From Myxococcota bacterium (GTDB lineage: Bacteria; Myxococcota; XYA12-FULL-58-9; JALHOP01): a stretch of 49,426 nt of DNA. Positions within the stretch are counted from its first letter, which is position 1. The number at the start of each line of letters is the position of its first letter. The position numbers were made by a program, and so were the translations under genes. The stretch spans positions 1 through 49,426 of the forward strand of contig JBGGMJ010000149.1 in NCBI GenBank assembly GCA_041288095.1, written 5' to 3'. The notes below the pieces were generated by a model. It had not been told where the DNA came from, did not search any database, and was given only the letters and a program-made list of their open reading frames with translations. Of this stretch, positions 26,951 to 36,843 are shown in pieces.

Positions 26951-28621
26951 TTGCCGCTTGCGTGTATCACCGTACTCATCGCCGGCTGTACCGGCGAGGT
27001 CATGGTGGGAAGCACCTATGCAACCTTGGTCAGCATCGCCTCCGAGCCCGCGGGTGCGAATTGCGTGGCCGGCGGCAGCGCCATCAGCAGTGGTCTCGAT
27101 AACGGTGGCGGCGGGGGGATCGCCGGTGACGGTGTGCTGTCGCCCGGCGAGGTCACCGCGACCTCGTATGTTTGTTCTGGCGTCGCCGGCGCGAATGGCA
27201 ACAACGGCGCGAATGGCCTCGATGGAATGAGTGGTGTCGCTGGCGCGGACGGAACAGACGGCACGAACGGCACGGATGGCGCTAATGGAGCTGACGGCAC
27301 CAACGGAAGCGACGGTGCGAGCGGAAGCGACGGTGCGAACGGAAGCGACGGCGCCAACGGAAGCGACGGCGCCGCCGGCCACAATGCCCTGATCGCCATG
27401 ACACCTTTCGAAACCAACACGGTGTGCCCAGCGGGTGGCCAACAAGTCGACGTTGGCGTCGACGATGGCTCCGGCGTCGGCAGTATCAGCGACAATGCCA
27501 TTCTCGACCCCGGCGAGATCGATAGCACCGCTTACGTTTGTAACGGCTCGAGCGGCAATGACGGTTCGAACGGTGGTGACGGCGCGAGCGGCTACAACAG
27601 CCTCCTACGCGTGACGCCCGAAGACGTGGGTGACCATTGCGCCGTCGCCGGCTTCCGCGTCGATGCGGGTCTCGACAACGGCGACAACGAGGGCGTTGCC
27701 CGCGATGGCGTACTCCAAGACGGCGAAGTCGATGCCACCGCCTATCTGTGCGAAGCGCCGCCGGTCGTCGCGAGCATCCTCGCGTTTGGCGGCTCATTCG
27801 GGTCGACCGCTTTGCTCGTGCTCGACCTCCGCGCCGGTACGTGGTCGCAGCCCTTCATCGATCTGACCGCCATTTACTACACGCAGTTTGGCGGCGGCGC
27901 TTATATGGTCTCCGACCACGATAACGGACAGCACGCTCGGGTGTATTACGAAGGCGGCAACGCGCTCGTCAGTAACGTCTCCTACTACGAGTGGAGTCGC
28001 TTCGCGGTCCGCGGCCCCGATGTCGCATTCACTGACCCGTCCTCCGGCGCCTGGAACATCACCTTCGGTGACTACGCGACTAACAGCTACACGACGATCA
28101 CCAACAACCAGACGCCGTGCTGCGAAGACTATCGGGCCGTCGACGTCGACAGTGATTGGGTCGTTTACCAGCGCTACAACTTCCCCGAGGTCACCGACAC
28201 CGTGGTTGCGTACAACCGCGCGACGCAGACGGCGACCGACATCACGTTCGGCACGCAACCCCACGTCTCCGGCTCCAAACTGGCTTACGTCACCGCGGGT
28301 GGTAGCCAGCTCGTGGTCCATGACCTCGTCACTCTCGACAGCGTCATCGTGAACGCGGACATCGCCGGCTACCCAGAGTACGTCTCGATCGACGGTAACT
28401 TCGTCGCCTTCACGCAGGATGGCGAGGCCTTCGTCTACGACATCGCGCTCGCGACCCGCGTCGATGTCGGCTCCGCCTCGCGGACCAAGATGACCGAGGG
28501 CTACTTGCTCTATGTCAGCGGCGACGGACGCTCGGTGAAGAGCTACAACGCGGCCACGCACGCCGAGAAGCTGGTCATCCACCAGGACAGCGGCTGGTTC
28601 GATTTTCAGAACATCGACTAG
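26951..28621 (+). CDS. Surface lipoprotein: three Cys-flanked repeats (DUF7151-like), Gly-X-X repeats, C-terminal beta-propeller-like domain
   Basis: Lipobox IAGC; three C..GG....G.D.G......DG.L..GE.....Y.C repeats; GANGSDG repeats; beta-rich C-terminus; start may be CTG 26921. Confidence 0.85.
   Translation: MPLACITVLIAGCTGEVMVGSTYATLVSIASEPAGANCVAGGSAISSGLDNGGGGGIAGDGVLSPGEVTATSYVCSGVAGANGNNGANGLDGMSGVAGADGTDGTNGTDGANGADGTNGSDGASGSDGANGSDGANGSDGAAGHNALIAMTPFETNTVCPAGGQQVDVGVDDGSGVGSISDNAILDPGEIDSTAYVCNGSSGNDGSNGGDGASGYNSLLRVTPEDVGDHCAVAGFRVDAGLDNGDNEGVARDGVLQDGEVDATAYLCEAPPVVASILAFGGSFGSTALLVLDLRAGTWSQPFIDLTAIYYTQFGGGAYMVSDHDNGQHARVYYEGGNALVSNVSYYEWSRFAVRGPDVAFTDPSSGAWNITFGDYATNSYTTITNNQTPCCEDYRAVDVDSDWVVYQRYNFPEVTDTVVAYNRATQTATDITFGTQPHVSGSKLAYVTAGGSQLVVHDLVTLDSVIVNADIAGYPEYVSIDGNFVAFTQDGEAFVYDIALATRVDVGSASRTKMTEGYLLYVSGDGRSVKSYNAATHAEKLVIHQDSGWFDFQNID
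27179..27380 (+). repeat. Coding Gly-X-X tandem repeat (about 22 triplets; 18-bp DNA unit AACGGAAGCGACGGTGCG)
   Basis: GVAGANGNNGANGLDGMSGVAGADGTDGTNGTDGANGADGTNGSDGASGSDGANGSDGANGSDGAAG. Confidence 0.85.
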
Positions 28622-28693
28622 CGAGAGGGCGTTGCCGCGACCGCCAGATGACGCGGCGGCAGGCTGGTAGTCGTTCGACCGCCGACCGGCGCA

Positions 28694-28720
28694 GCAACTC
28701 CGGTCGAGCCGCGCCGAAAA
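28694..28720 (+). promoter_or_regulatory. Shared motif copy 3: GCAAC-N16-CGAAAA
   Basis: GCAAC tccggtcgagccgcgc CGAAAA, 30 nt upstream of GTG 28751. Confidence 0.65.
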
Positions 28721-28750
28721 GATAAGAGCCGCGCTGTCGATGGAGCTGTC

Positions 28751-30190
28751 GTGCACCCGAGTGTCCCGACGTCGAACATCATTGGGGGTCTGGGTTGGCG
28801 TTACGTCAAAGCGGAAGGCTTTGGCTGGACCGACAACCGGACGGCTGAAGAGCTGAGCAAGATCGACCAATGGCAGGCCAAAAGATGGCTCGATAAGATC
28901 TGCAGAGATGCGGAGACCAGCAAGCGCCCCGATGTCCTCGACGCGGCCCAGGCGGCGCGCGCAACCTTGGCGCAGAGTGGCTGGAAGCAATTCCTTCACG
29001 GCGTCGTAGCCTCTCTCGAGCGCTTTCCCGAAGCACGGTCCTTCGCGGCGCTGGTCGACACGGCACCGGCCGCCACCGGAGCAAGCGCCGCCGTCGAGGT
29101 TCAGACGAAGCCCGACGGGATCGTCAAAGCGTCCTTTCTGCGCGCGCGCCTCGACGACATGGTGGTGGGCCAGGAAGCCGCCAAGCAGGCGCTGGTGGTC
29201 GGCGTGCGCAACCACGCCAAGCGCGCGCATCTGCTGCAAATCGGGACCGACCCGGCGACGGTACCCGCCAAGAGCAACATCTTGATGATCGGGCCCACGG
29301 GCGCCGGCAAGACCAAGCTAGCGAGCATCATCTCGCGTTGCTGCGGCTTCCCCTTCGTCCCCGTCGACACGACGCAGTACACGGCGACCGGTTATGTCGG
29401 CCGCGATGTGTCGTCGATCGTCCTGGACCTGCTCGATGCCGCTGGTGGTGATCTGGCGAAGGCACAGCTCGGCATCGTGTTTCTCGATGAGATCGACAAG
29501 CGCCGCCAGTCGGAGGGGAGCGGTGCGGACGTGAGCGGCGCCAAGGTTCAGCACGAGCTCTTGAAGATGGTCGAGGGCACGATCGTGAAGATCGAGCGCC
29601 CGGGAAAACCGCCCATCCATTTCGATACCACCAACGTGTTGTTCATCGCGGCTGGCGCGTTCGCTGGTCTCGAGCGCGTGATCGCCGAGCGCAAGCTCGA
29701 GGAGGCTCGTGCCGGCAACACCTCGAGCATCGGTTTCGGCGGCACTCTCATCGACGTCGAGGCCATGAAGAACGCGGCGGCCGCACGCGACTATTTGCGG
29801 GCCACACAGCCCGAAGACGTGAGCAAGCTGGGCATCATGCCCGAGCTCATCGGCCGCTGTCCGGTGCTCGTCACCTTGGACAAGCTGACGGTCGAGGACT
29901 ACGAGCGGATCCTCACCGAGCCCAGCGATGCGCTCGTTCGTCAGTTCCAGGCACTGTTCGCGCTGGACGGCGTCAAGCTGAGCTTCGAAGCGCCCGGGTT
30001 GCGTGCTATAGCGGAACGCGCGGAAAAGCTGCCAACCGGCGCGCGCGGTTTGCGAACTCTCATCGAGAGTGTCCTTGGCGGGGTTCAGGCGAACCTCGAG
30101 GACTATGCGGCGCGGGGCATCAGCGAGTGTGTGGTGACGCGCGAGTTCGTCGAAGGTCACGCTCCGGAGCCGAAGCTGATTGGCGCATGA
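28751..30190 (+). CDS. clpX: ClpX-like AAA+ unfoldase with atypical N-terminal domain (no C4 zinc finger)
   Basis: VVGQEAAK, KSNILMIGPTGAGKT, TGYVGRDV, GIVFLDEIDK, DVSG..VQ..LLKMVEG, IGF loop, PELIGR, TGARGLR. Confidence 0.88.
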   Translation: MHPSVPTSNIIGGLGWRYVKAEGFGWTDNRTAEELSKIDQWQAKRWLDKICRDAETSKRPDVLDAAQAARATLAQSGWKQFLHGVVASLERFPEARSFAALVDTAPAATGASAAVEVQTKPDGIVKASFLRARLDDMVVGQEAAKQALVVGVRNHAKRAHLLQIGTDPATVPAKSNILMIGPTGAGKTKLASIISRCCGFPFVPVDTTQYTATGYVGRDVSSIVLDLLDAAGGDLAKAQLGIVFLDEIDKRRQSEGSGADVSGAKVQHELLKMVEGTIVKIERPGKPPIHFDTTNVLFIAAGAFAGLERVIAERKLEEARAGNTSSIGFGGTLIDVEAMKNAAAARDYLRATQPEDVSKLGIMPELIGRCPVLVTLDKLTVEDYERILTEPSDALVRQFQALFALDGVKLSFEAPGLRAIAERAEKLPTGARGLRTLIESVLGGVQANLEDYAARGISECVVTREFVEGHAPEPKLIGA

Positions 30191-30197
30191 GCGCTAG

Positions 30198-30566
30198 CTA
30201 GGCTTCCATGAGCCGGCCGCGTGGCCTGATCGGTGCTCGCTCGCCGGGACCTGGGGCCGGTGTCTGCTGGGGCGCGGGCGGCGCCTTCGGGCCGTCGATG
30301 ATGGCGTTCACGATGGCCTTTGCCGTCTGGCGCGCGTTCTGCAGAACCAAGCCGCCGGCAACACGGGGACACTCGAGTGGCAAGGCCTGCATGGCTTGGC
30401 CGATGGCGCTGATGGCGCTCGCGGTACGCTGCTCGATGGCGTCACGTTCCGCGGTCGTGATGGTCTTGCCTTCCGGCGAATCGTCCTGGCGCGCTGCTTC
30501 GACCTCGGCGGCGGCTTGGGCCGCGACGGGAGAAAGGTCGAGCTTGATTGCGCAAACTGCATCCAC
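30198..30566 (-). CDS. Small helical hypothetical protein
   Basis: GTG start after AGGGG; GC-biased codons; shared promoter motif upstream. Confidence 0.6.
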   Translation of the reverse strand: MDAVCAIKLDLSPVAAQAAAEVEAARQDDSPEGKTITTAERDAIEQRTASAISAIGQAMQALPLECPRVAGGLVLQNARQTAKAIVNAIIDGPKAPPAPQQTPAPGPGERAPIRPRGRLMEA

Positions 30567-30604
30567 GTTACACGCCCCTATTTCGACAAGGTCAGTCCTC
30601 GTCT

Positions 30605-30631
30605 TTTTCGGCGGGCGCCGAGCATTGTTGC
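30605..30631 (-). promoter_or_regulatory. Shared motif copy 4: GCAAC-N16-CGAAAA
   Basis: Minus strand GCAAC aatgctcggcgcccgc CGAAAA, 38 nt upstream of GTG 30566. Confidence 0.65.
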
Positions 30632-30672
30632 GTGAATTCCCGCTGCCTGACGCTGTGACGGGCGCGGCTTCG

Positions 30673-30700
30673 ACAACGGCCCTGGCTGTGAGCGCGATAC
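30673..30700 (+). promoter_or_regulatory. Shared motif variant: ACAAC-N17-CGATAC
   Basis: 34 nt upstream of GTG 30735. Confidence 0.4.
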
Positions 30701-30734
30701 GCTTCGAGATAGCGCCGCTATCGGGAGCCTAGCC

Positions 30735-31316
30735 GTGCGTTTGCATCCCACCTTCGATGTCGGTCACGCACCCCGCGCCCCGGTCGGCTTGTCGTGGGCA
30801 CATGACCCGGTCATCCGCGAGCCCATCGTCGCACCCACGCTCATCGAGCGGGCTCGAGCCATCGGCTACGGTGCGCTATCGCCGGCACGGCACATGATTG
30901 ATCTCGCCGCCCTCACGACCGTCGCGTCGCTCGTCGGTGGGCTCACCGAGGCGGGAGCCGCAGTCGTCATCGGTGTCTCCGCGGGGGCGTTGGCGCTCGT
31001 CGGCAGCTGCCGCGAAGCCCTGCGGCCGACACGACCGCTGACATCGGCACCGCTATCGCAGACGACCATCGTCAGCGGCATTCCCGCGGCTACGCCATGG
31101 ATGAGCACTCCCCACGCGACCGACGAACCTTCGCTCGGTGAGCGCCTGCTCGACTCGCAGCTGGTGCGCGGCGCCGGCTTCGGGGCGGTCGGTGCCGCGC
31201 TCACCGCCGGCGGCCTTGCCGCATTCGACTTGCCGCAGATGTGGCAGATCCTGACTCTCGGTGGCCTTAGCGTGAGCTTCGTCGGCCTCGTCGCGACTCG
31301 GCGCTTGGCGGGGTGA
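30735..31316 (+). CDS. Hypothetical membrane protein (two hydrophobic helical hairpins)
   Basis: GGAG RBS; four Gly/Ala-rich hydrophobic segments; no signal peptide. Confidence 0.65.
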   Translation: MRLHPTFDVGHAPRAPVGLSWAHDPVIREPIVAPTLIERARAIGYGALSPARHMIDLAALTTVASLVGGLTEAGAAVVIGVSAGALALVGSCREALRPTRPLTSAPLSQTTIVSGIPAATPWMSTPHATDEPSLGERLLDSQLVRGAGFGAVGAALTAGGLAAFDLPQMWQILTLGGLSVSFVGLVATRRLAG

Positions 31317-31375
31317 CGCGGCTCCCCCCTCGGCGCATTGCGCCCTAGGTTTCAAAGCGTTAGGGGAGCCGCGCG

Positions 31376-31912
31376 ATGTCGAAGTGGCTCGTCACTTTCC
31401 TTACCGTGTCTCTACCAGCGCTGGTGTTCGCGCAGCCTCCCATCGGCACCCAGCGTCCCAACGTCGCCTTCGAGGACAGCTGGGAGCGCCCCGACGCATT
31501 CGACAACTACGCCGGTATGCCGATGCTCCTCCTTTACGAAGACCGTGGCTCGGCCAAGCTCAACGCCGACTTCAAGAAGGAGCTCACCGAGGTCGCGCAA
31601 GACGGCGGCTACAAGGGAATCGTCGCCTTCATGCCGGTCGCCGACATGTCGAGCTACGACTACTGGCCGGTGCGCGGTTTCGCGCGCCGCTCGGTGCAGA
31701 AGCAGTCGATGGCCACGCGCACCAACATCATCTGCGACTGGCACGGCACCATCCGCGAGACACTCGCGCTGACCCGCGACACCAGCAACGTCGTGCTCTA
31801 CGACAAGGAGGGCAAGGTCGTCTTCGCGCACGCCGGCGCCATGCCGCCCGAGCAGCGCGCCACGCTCTTCGCGCTCCTCAAGGTGCAAGTCGACGCCGTC
31901 CAGAAGCGATGA
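31376..31912 (+). CDS. YtfJ-like secreted thioredoxin-fold protein
   Basis: Signal peptide ending LVFA; LLLYED...ICDWHG...NVVLYDKEGKVVFAHAG. Confidence 0.7.
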   Translation: MSKWLVTFLTVSLPALVFAQPPIGTQRPNVAFEDSWERPDAFDNYAGMPMLLLYEDRGSAKLNADFKKELTEVAQDGGYKGIVAFMPVADMSSYDYWPVRGFARRSVQKQSMATRTNIICDWHGTIRETLALTRDTSNVVLYDKEGKVVFAHAGAMPPEQRATLFALLKVQVDAVQKR

Positions 31913-32892
31913 AAATTCTCGTCGACCACTTGGTGAAACACTACCGCGTGCACTCGCGCTCGGCGGGAGCCATGGCGGCTCTACGCTCGCTCTTCGTGCG
32001 GCGCTACGACACGGTGCGCGCCGTCGACGACATCTCGTTTGCCATCGCCGGTGGTGAGCGCGTCGGTTTTCTCGGGCCGAACGGAGCCGGCAAGACCACC
32101 ACCCTGAAGGTGCTCGCGGGGCTGTTGAAGCCCACCGCCGGCGTCGTGCGCGTCGGTGACTTCGTGCCCAACGAACGACGGGCGCGGTTCCTCCGGTCGG
32201 TGATGCTGGTGACCGGCCAGAAGCACCAGCTGCTCTGGGACCTACCGCCAGCGGACACCTTCGAGCTCAATCGGGCCATCTACGACGTGCCGCGCGCCGA
32301 CTTCGTGCCGCGCATGAAAGAGCTGGTCGACCTCCTCGAGATCGGCGAGGTCATCAAGAAGCCGACACGCCAGCTCTCGCTCGGCGAGCGCATGAAATGC
32401 GAGCTCGCGGCGGCGCTGGTGCACCAACCGATGCTCTTGTTCCTCGACGAGCCGACCATCGGCCTCGACGTGACCATGCAGGCGCTGGTGCGCAAGTTCA
32501 TCCGCACCTACAGCCAGCGCCATGGCGCGACCGTGCTGCTCACGAGTCATGACATGGACGACGTCTCGGCGATCTGCGACCGCGTCGTCATCATCAATCA
32601 CGGCAAGCTCTCGTACGACGGCTCGATCGGCGAGCTGGTGACGAAGACGCGGCCGGAGAAGCGGGTCACCTTCACGCTGTCGGAGTCGGTGCCCAGCGAA
32701 GCCGTGCAGCGACTCGGGAGGGTGGTGAGCTCGTCGGATCGCGTGGTCACCTTGCAGGTCGACCAAGGGCAGCTCAAAGCGGTCATCGAGAACGCACTGC
32801 GGACGTTGCCGGTGAGTGATCTCACGGTCGAGAACGCGCCGCTCGAAGAGGTGCTGGCCGACATCTTCGCCAAGGCCAAGAGCGCCGCGTGA
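31909..32892 (+). CDS. ABC transporter ATP-binding protein
   Basis: GPNGAGKTT, LSLGERMK, LFLDEPT, LTSH. Confidence 0.96.
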   Translation: MKILVDHLVKHYRVHSRSAGAMAALRSLFVRRYDTVRAVDDISFAIAGGERVGFLGPNGAGKTTTLKVLAGLLKPTAGVVRVGDFVPNERRARFLRSVMLVTGQKHQLLWDLPPADTFELNRAIYDVPRADFVPRMKELVDLLEIGEVIKKPTRQLSLGERMKCELAAALVHQPMLLFLDEPTIGLDVTMQALVRKFIRTYSQRHGATVLLTSHDMDDVSAICDRVVIINHGKLSYDGSIGELVTKTRPEKRVTFTLSESVPSEAVQRLGRVVSSSDRVVTLQVDQGQLKAVIENALRTLPVSDLTVENAPLEEVLADIFAKAKSAA

Positions 32893-33698
32893 TCGCCGCC
32901 GTCAAGAGCGTGCTCAAGCCGCTGCCGACGCTCTATCGCGTAAGTCTCGCGGACGCTGTCGCTTATCGCGGACAAGCGCTCATCTGGATTCTCTCAACCA
33001 ACACGCCTCTCATCATGTTGCTGCTCTGGAACGCGGTGGCGGCGGAAGGCCCGATCGGCCGCTTCGGTCAGGCGGAGTTTCGCGCCTACTTCCTCGTGAC
33101 CCTCATCGTTCGCCTGCTGCAGGGCGTCTGGGTGGCCTGGGAGATCAACATGGAGGTGCGCGACGGCAGCATCGCCGGCCGGCTCTTGAAGCCCATGCAC
33201 CCCTTCTGGGCGTACGCTTTCGAGAACATCGCGGCGTGGCCGGTGCGCTTCGTCATGACCGCGCCCGTGATCGGGGTCGCGGCATTTCTCGTCGGCAGTG
33301 ACCAGGTGACCCACGACTGGCGCCAGTGGGCGCTCTTTCCGCTCGCGCTCTTCGGCGGCTGGGCGCTGTCGTTTACCAGCAACCTCGCCATCGGCTGTCT
33401 GTCGTTCTTCTGGCAGAGCGCGCTCGGCGTCGCCGAGGTGTGGTTCGGACTGTACGTCGTGCTCTCGGGCTACATCGTGCCGCTCGAGCTCTTTCCTCCC
33501 TGGGCACAGGCGATCGTCATGAGGCTGCCTTGGGCGCACATCGTGTCGACGCCGGTGCGGCTGGTGACGGGCCACGACACCTTCGCGCAATCGCTGGTCC
33601 AGCTCGGCGAGCAGTGGGCGTACATCGCCGCCTTCACGGTGGTGGGCTCGATCCTGTGGAGTCGCGGGGTGCGGCGCTACGAAGCGTTCGGCGGCTGA
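32889..33698 (+). CDS. ABC-2 family permease (DUF990-like)
   Basis: Six TM; VRDGSIAGRLLKP, LSGYIVPLELFP, C-terminal YEAFGG. Confidence 0.9.
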   Translation: MIAAVKSVLKPLPTLYRVSLADAVAYRGQALIWILSTNTPLIMLLLWNAVAAEGPIGRFGQAEFRAYFLVTLIVRLLQGVWVAWEINMEVRDGSIAGRLLKPMHPFWAYAFENIAAWPVRFVMTAPVIGVAAFLVGSDQVTHDWRQWALFPLALFGGWALSFTSNLAIGCLSFFWQSALGVAEVWFGLYVVLSGYIVPLELFPPWAQAIVMRLPWAHIVSTPVRLVTGHDTFAQSLVQLGEQWAYIAAFTVVGSILWSRGVRRYEAFGG

Positions 33699-34483
33699 TG
33701 CGATACGTCAGACTCATCGCCGTTCAAGCGCGCGTCTCGTTCCTCCTGCTGGTGCAGTACCGCCTCGAGGCCGCGATCAGCTTGCTGCTCGCCGTCTTCT
33801 GGACCTCGTCGGCGCTGGTGCCGCTGCTCGTCCTCTTCAGCGAACGCACCAGCGTTGGCGGCTGGAGCTGGGGCGAAGCGTTGCTCGTCGTCGGCTGGTT
33901 CAACGTCTTGAAGGGTGTGCAGTCCATCGTCATCCAGCCGTCGATGAACCTCGCGGCGGAGCAAGTTCGCAAGGGCACCCTCGACTTCGTGCTCTTGAAA
34001 CCGGCCGACGCGCAGCTCTTGGTGTCGGCGCAACGCTTCGACTTTCGCCAGCTCTCCGACGTGCTGGTCGGCGCCGTGATGCTCGTCTACGCCTTGGCGA
34101 AGCTCCACGTGGTGCCGTCGCCGCTCGCGTTGCTCGTGACCGCCGTCGCTTTGGTGTGTGGGGTGGCGATCCTCTACTCCATCTGGGTGATGGTGATGAG
34201 CCTCGCCTTCGTGTTCGTCAAAGTCGACAACCTGACCTTCCTCTTCCAATCGATCTACGACGCGGCGCGCTGGCCGGGGACCATCTTCCGCGGTGTCTTC
34301 GCTTTCGTCTTCACCTTCGTATTGCCGCTCACGCTGATGACGACGGCCCCGGCGCTGGCGCTGCTCGGTCGCTTGCGCGGACAAGAGCTGCTCCTCTCCG
34401 TCGTAGGAGCAGCTCTCTTCCTGGTGATGAGCCGCTGGGTGTGGACGACTTGCGTCGCGCGCTACACCAGCGCTGGTGGTTGA
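33698..34483 (+). CDS. ABC-2 family permease (DUF990-like)
   Basis: VGGWS, VRKGTLDFVLLKP, RWPGTIF, C-terminal YTSAGG. Confidence 0.9.
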   Translation: MRYVRLIAVQARVSFLLLVQYRLEAAISLLLAVFWTSSALVPLLVLFSERTSVGGWSWGEALLVVGWFNVLKGVQSIVIQPSMNLAAEQVRKGTLDFVLLKPADAQLLVSAQRFDFRQLSDVLVGAVMLVYALAKLHVVPSPLALLVTAVALVCGVAILYSIWVMVMSLAFVFVKVDNLTFLFQSIYDAARWPGTIFRGVFAFVFTFVLPLTLMTTAPALALLGRLRGQELLLSVVGAALFLVMSRWVWTTCVARYTSAGG

Positions 34484-36843
34484 GCATCGCCGTTGCTGGC
34501 ACTGGGCATGGGCGCGTCATGGTCGAGCGCCGCTGCCAGCACCTCGCTCATGTCCTCGGCGAAGAAGAACGTGAGGTCCTTCTTTGCCTCCTCGGGCACG
34601 TCGTCGATGTCACGCTCGTTCTTCTTGGGAAGAATGACGCGCTTCATGCCGGCGCGGTGAGCCGCCAGGACCTTCTCCTTGATGCCGCCAACCGGGAGGA
34701 CGCGGCCGCGCAGGGTCACCTCACCGGTCATCGCCGTGTCCGACCGGACCTTGCTGCCGGTGAGCAGCGAGGTCAGCGCCGTGAACATGGTGACGCCCGC
34801 CGACGGACCGTCCTTGGGAACGCCGCCCGCCGGGATGTGGATGTGCAAGTCCTGCTTGTCCATGAACTCCGGGTCGACGCCGAGCTTCTCGGCGTTGCTG
34901 CGGACGTACGATAGGGCCGCTCGAGCGGACTCCTTCATGACGTCACCCAGCTGACCGGTGATCTCGATGCGTCCCTTGCCGCGCATGCGGCTGGTCTCGA
35001 TGAACAAGATGCTGCCGCCGACCGGTGTCCATGCGAGACCCGTGGCCACGCCCGGCACCGATGTGCGCTCGGCGACCTCGTCGAAGAACCGGATCTTACC
35101 CAAGTACTTCGATAAGTCTTTCTCGGCGATGACGAACTTGTCGCTCTTCATCTCCGGATGCCGCTCGAGCTCGAGCACCAGGGCACGGCAGAGCTTGGTG
35201 ATCTGCCGCTGCAGCTGGCGCACACCCGCTTCACGCGTGTAGCTGCCAACCACCGCGCGTAGCGCATCGTCGCTCACCGACAGCATCTCCTCGGCGATGC
35301 CGTGCTCTTTCAAAGCCTTGGGGATGAGGTGCTTCTTCGCTATCGCGAACTTCTCGTCGAGCGTGTAGCCCGACAGCTCGATGATCTCGAGGCGGTCGCG
35401 GAGCGGTGCCGACAGCCCGTCGATCTGGTTCGCGGTGCAGATGAACAGCACCTCGGACAAGTCGAAGGGCAGCTCCAGGTAGTGATCCTGGAAGGTCTTG
35501 TTCTGCTCGGGGTCCAGCACCTCGAGGAGCGCCGCCTCCGGCGATCCGCCCCAGCCGACACCCATCTTGTCGATCTCGTCGAGCAAGAAGACCGGGTTCT
35601 TCACCTTCGCCGTCTTCAAGGCGTGCAAGACGCGGCCGGGCAGGGCACCGACGTAGGTGCGCCGGTGGCCTCGGATCTCGGCCTCGTCACGCACGCCACC
35701 CAAGGCGACGCGCACGAACGGCCGACCCAGGGCATCGGCGACCGATTGGCCCAGCGACGTCTTGCCGACGCCGGGAGGTCCGAAGAGACACAAGATGGTC
35801 GCTTTGGTGTTGCCGGTGACCTTGAGCACCGCGAGGTGCTCGAGCAGACGCTTCTTCACGTCATCGAGCCCGAAGTGATCGGCGTCGAGCTTCTCGGACA
35901 TCTTGGCGATGTCGACGACGCCGTCGGCGCGCTTCGACCACGGCAACGAGGCGATGAGCTCGAGGTAATTACGGATCACCCCATGCTCGGCCTGCATCTG
36001 GTTCATACCTTCGAGACGCGCAAGCTCGCGCTCGGCGACCTTCTTTGCCTCGTCGGGCAAGCCGGCTTCCTCGATGCGGCGGCGCAGCGAGCTGCCGCTG
36101 TCCTCGTCTTCGTCACCGAGCTCCTTCTTGATGGCGCGGAGCTGCTCGCGAAGGATGGCTTCGCGTTGCCCCTTGGTGAACTCCTTGCGCACCTCGCTGT
36201 CGATCTTGCTCTTCACCTCGCCGGCGACCTTCGCCTCGGCGAGTCGCGCGGCGACGTCACGCAAGCGTTGCACGATGTCGAGATTCAGGAGCAACTCGAT
36301 CTCGCGCTCGGCCCCGAGACCCAGGGCGCTGGCGACGCGGTCGGCGAGCAACCCGGGGTCTCCCGCCGGCTCACTCAAGAGATCGGCGAGGTCCTCACTG
36401 CCGGCGCTGCCAAGCTCGCGCAGGCTCTCGACCAAGGCTTCCGCCAAAGCGGACGCCTCGACGGGGTCGCCCGGGACTTCGACGGCGGGTTTGCCGGCGG
36501 CCATCCAGTAGGGCTCGGTTTGCACCACGTTCTCGAGCGTGAAGCGGCCGAGACCTTCGACCACGATGCGCGCTTCGCGGCTGCCGTTGCGCATGATCTG
36601 GCGCACGCGCGCGTACGTGCCCACCGGGAAGAGGTCGGCGACACCAGGGTTCAAGACCTGGGGATCGCGTTGCACGCCGACGCCGATGATGGCGTTCGGC
36701 TCCAGATGATTCACGAGCTCGAGCGACTGCTTTCGGCCCATGGGCAACGTGATGGCGGTGCCGGGGAAGAGCACGCCGCGCCGCAGCGGCAACAGCGGAA
36801 AGGGGGACGCGGGTGCTTTGAAGTCCGTGTTGGACTTACGCAT
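34462..36843 (-). CDS. lon: Lon protease (endopeptidase La)
   Basis: [54 protein letters not shown]. Confidence 0.98.
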   Translation of the reverse strand: MRKSNTDFKAPASPFPLLPLRRGVLFPGTAITLPMGRKQSLELVNHLEPNAIIGVGVQRDPQVLNPGVADLFPVGTYARVRQIMRNGSREARIVVEGLGRFTLENVVQTEPYWMAAGKPAVEVPGDPVEASALAEALVESLRELGSAGSEDLADLLSEPAGDPGLLADRVASALGLGAEREIELLLNLDIVQRLRDVAARLAEAKVAGEVKSKIDSEVRKEFTKGQREAILREQLRAIKKELGDEDEDSGSSLRRRIEEAGLPDEAKKVAERELARLEGMNQMQAEHGVIRNYLELIASLPWSKRADGVVDIAKMSEKLDADHFGLDDVKKRLLEHLAVLKVTGNTKATILCLFGPPGVGKTSLGQSVADALGRPFVRVALGGVRDEAEIRGHRRTYVGALPGRVLHALKTAKVKNPVFLLDEIDKMGVGWGGSPEAALLEVLDPEQNKTFQDHYLELPFDLSEVLFICTANQIDGLSAPLRDRLEIIELSGYTLDEKFAIAKKHLIPKALKEHGIAEEMLSVSDDALRAVVGSYTREAGVRQLQRQITKLCRALVLELERHPEMKSDKFVIAEKDLSKYLGKIRFFDEVAERTSVPGVATGLAWTPVGGSILFIETSRMRGKGRIEITGQLGDVMKESARAALSYVRSNAEKLGVDPEFMDKQDLHIHIPAGGVPKDGPSAGVTMFTALTSLLTGSKVRSDTAMTGEVTLRGRVLPVGGIKEKVLAAHRAGMKRVILPKKNERDIDDVPEEAKKDLTFFFAEDMSEVLAAALDHDAPMPSASNGDAQPPALV

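Noticed and set aside
26503..27102. 199-aa ORF divergent from the LysR gene
   Set aside because: No RBS, atypical codons, overlaps the lipoprotein gene, and spans a sigma54 promoter and dyads; treated as non-coding, though a gene remnant is not excluded
27290..27380. 18-bp tandem repeats as a possible CRISPR array
   Set aside because: No spacers, in-frame coding repeat, no cas genes
34462..34483. 22-bp convergent overlap of lon and the ABC permease
   Set aside because: Short 3' overlaps are routine in compact high-GC genomes
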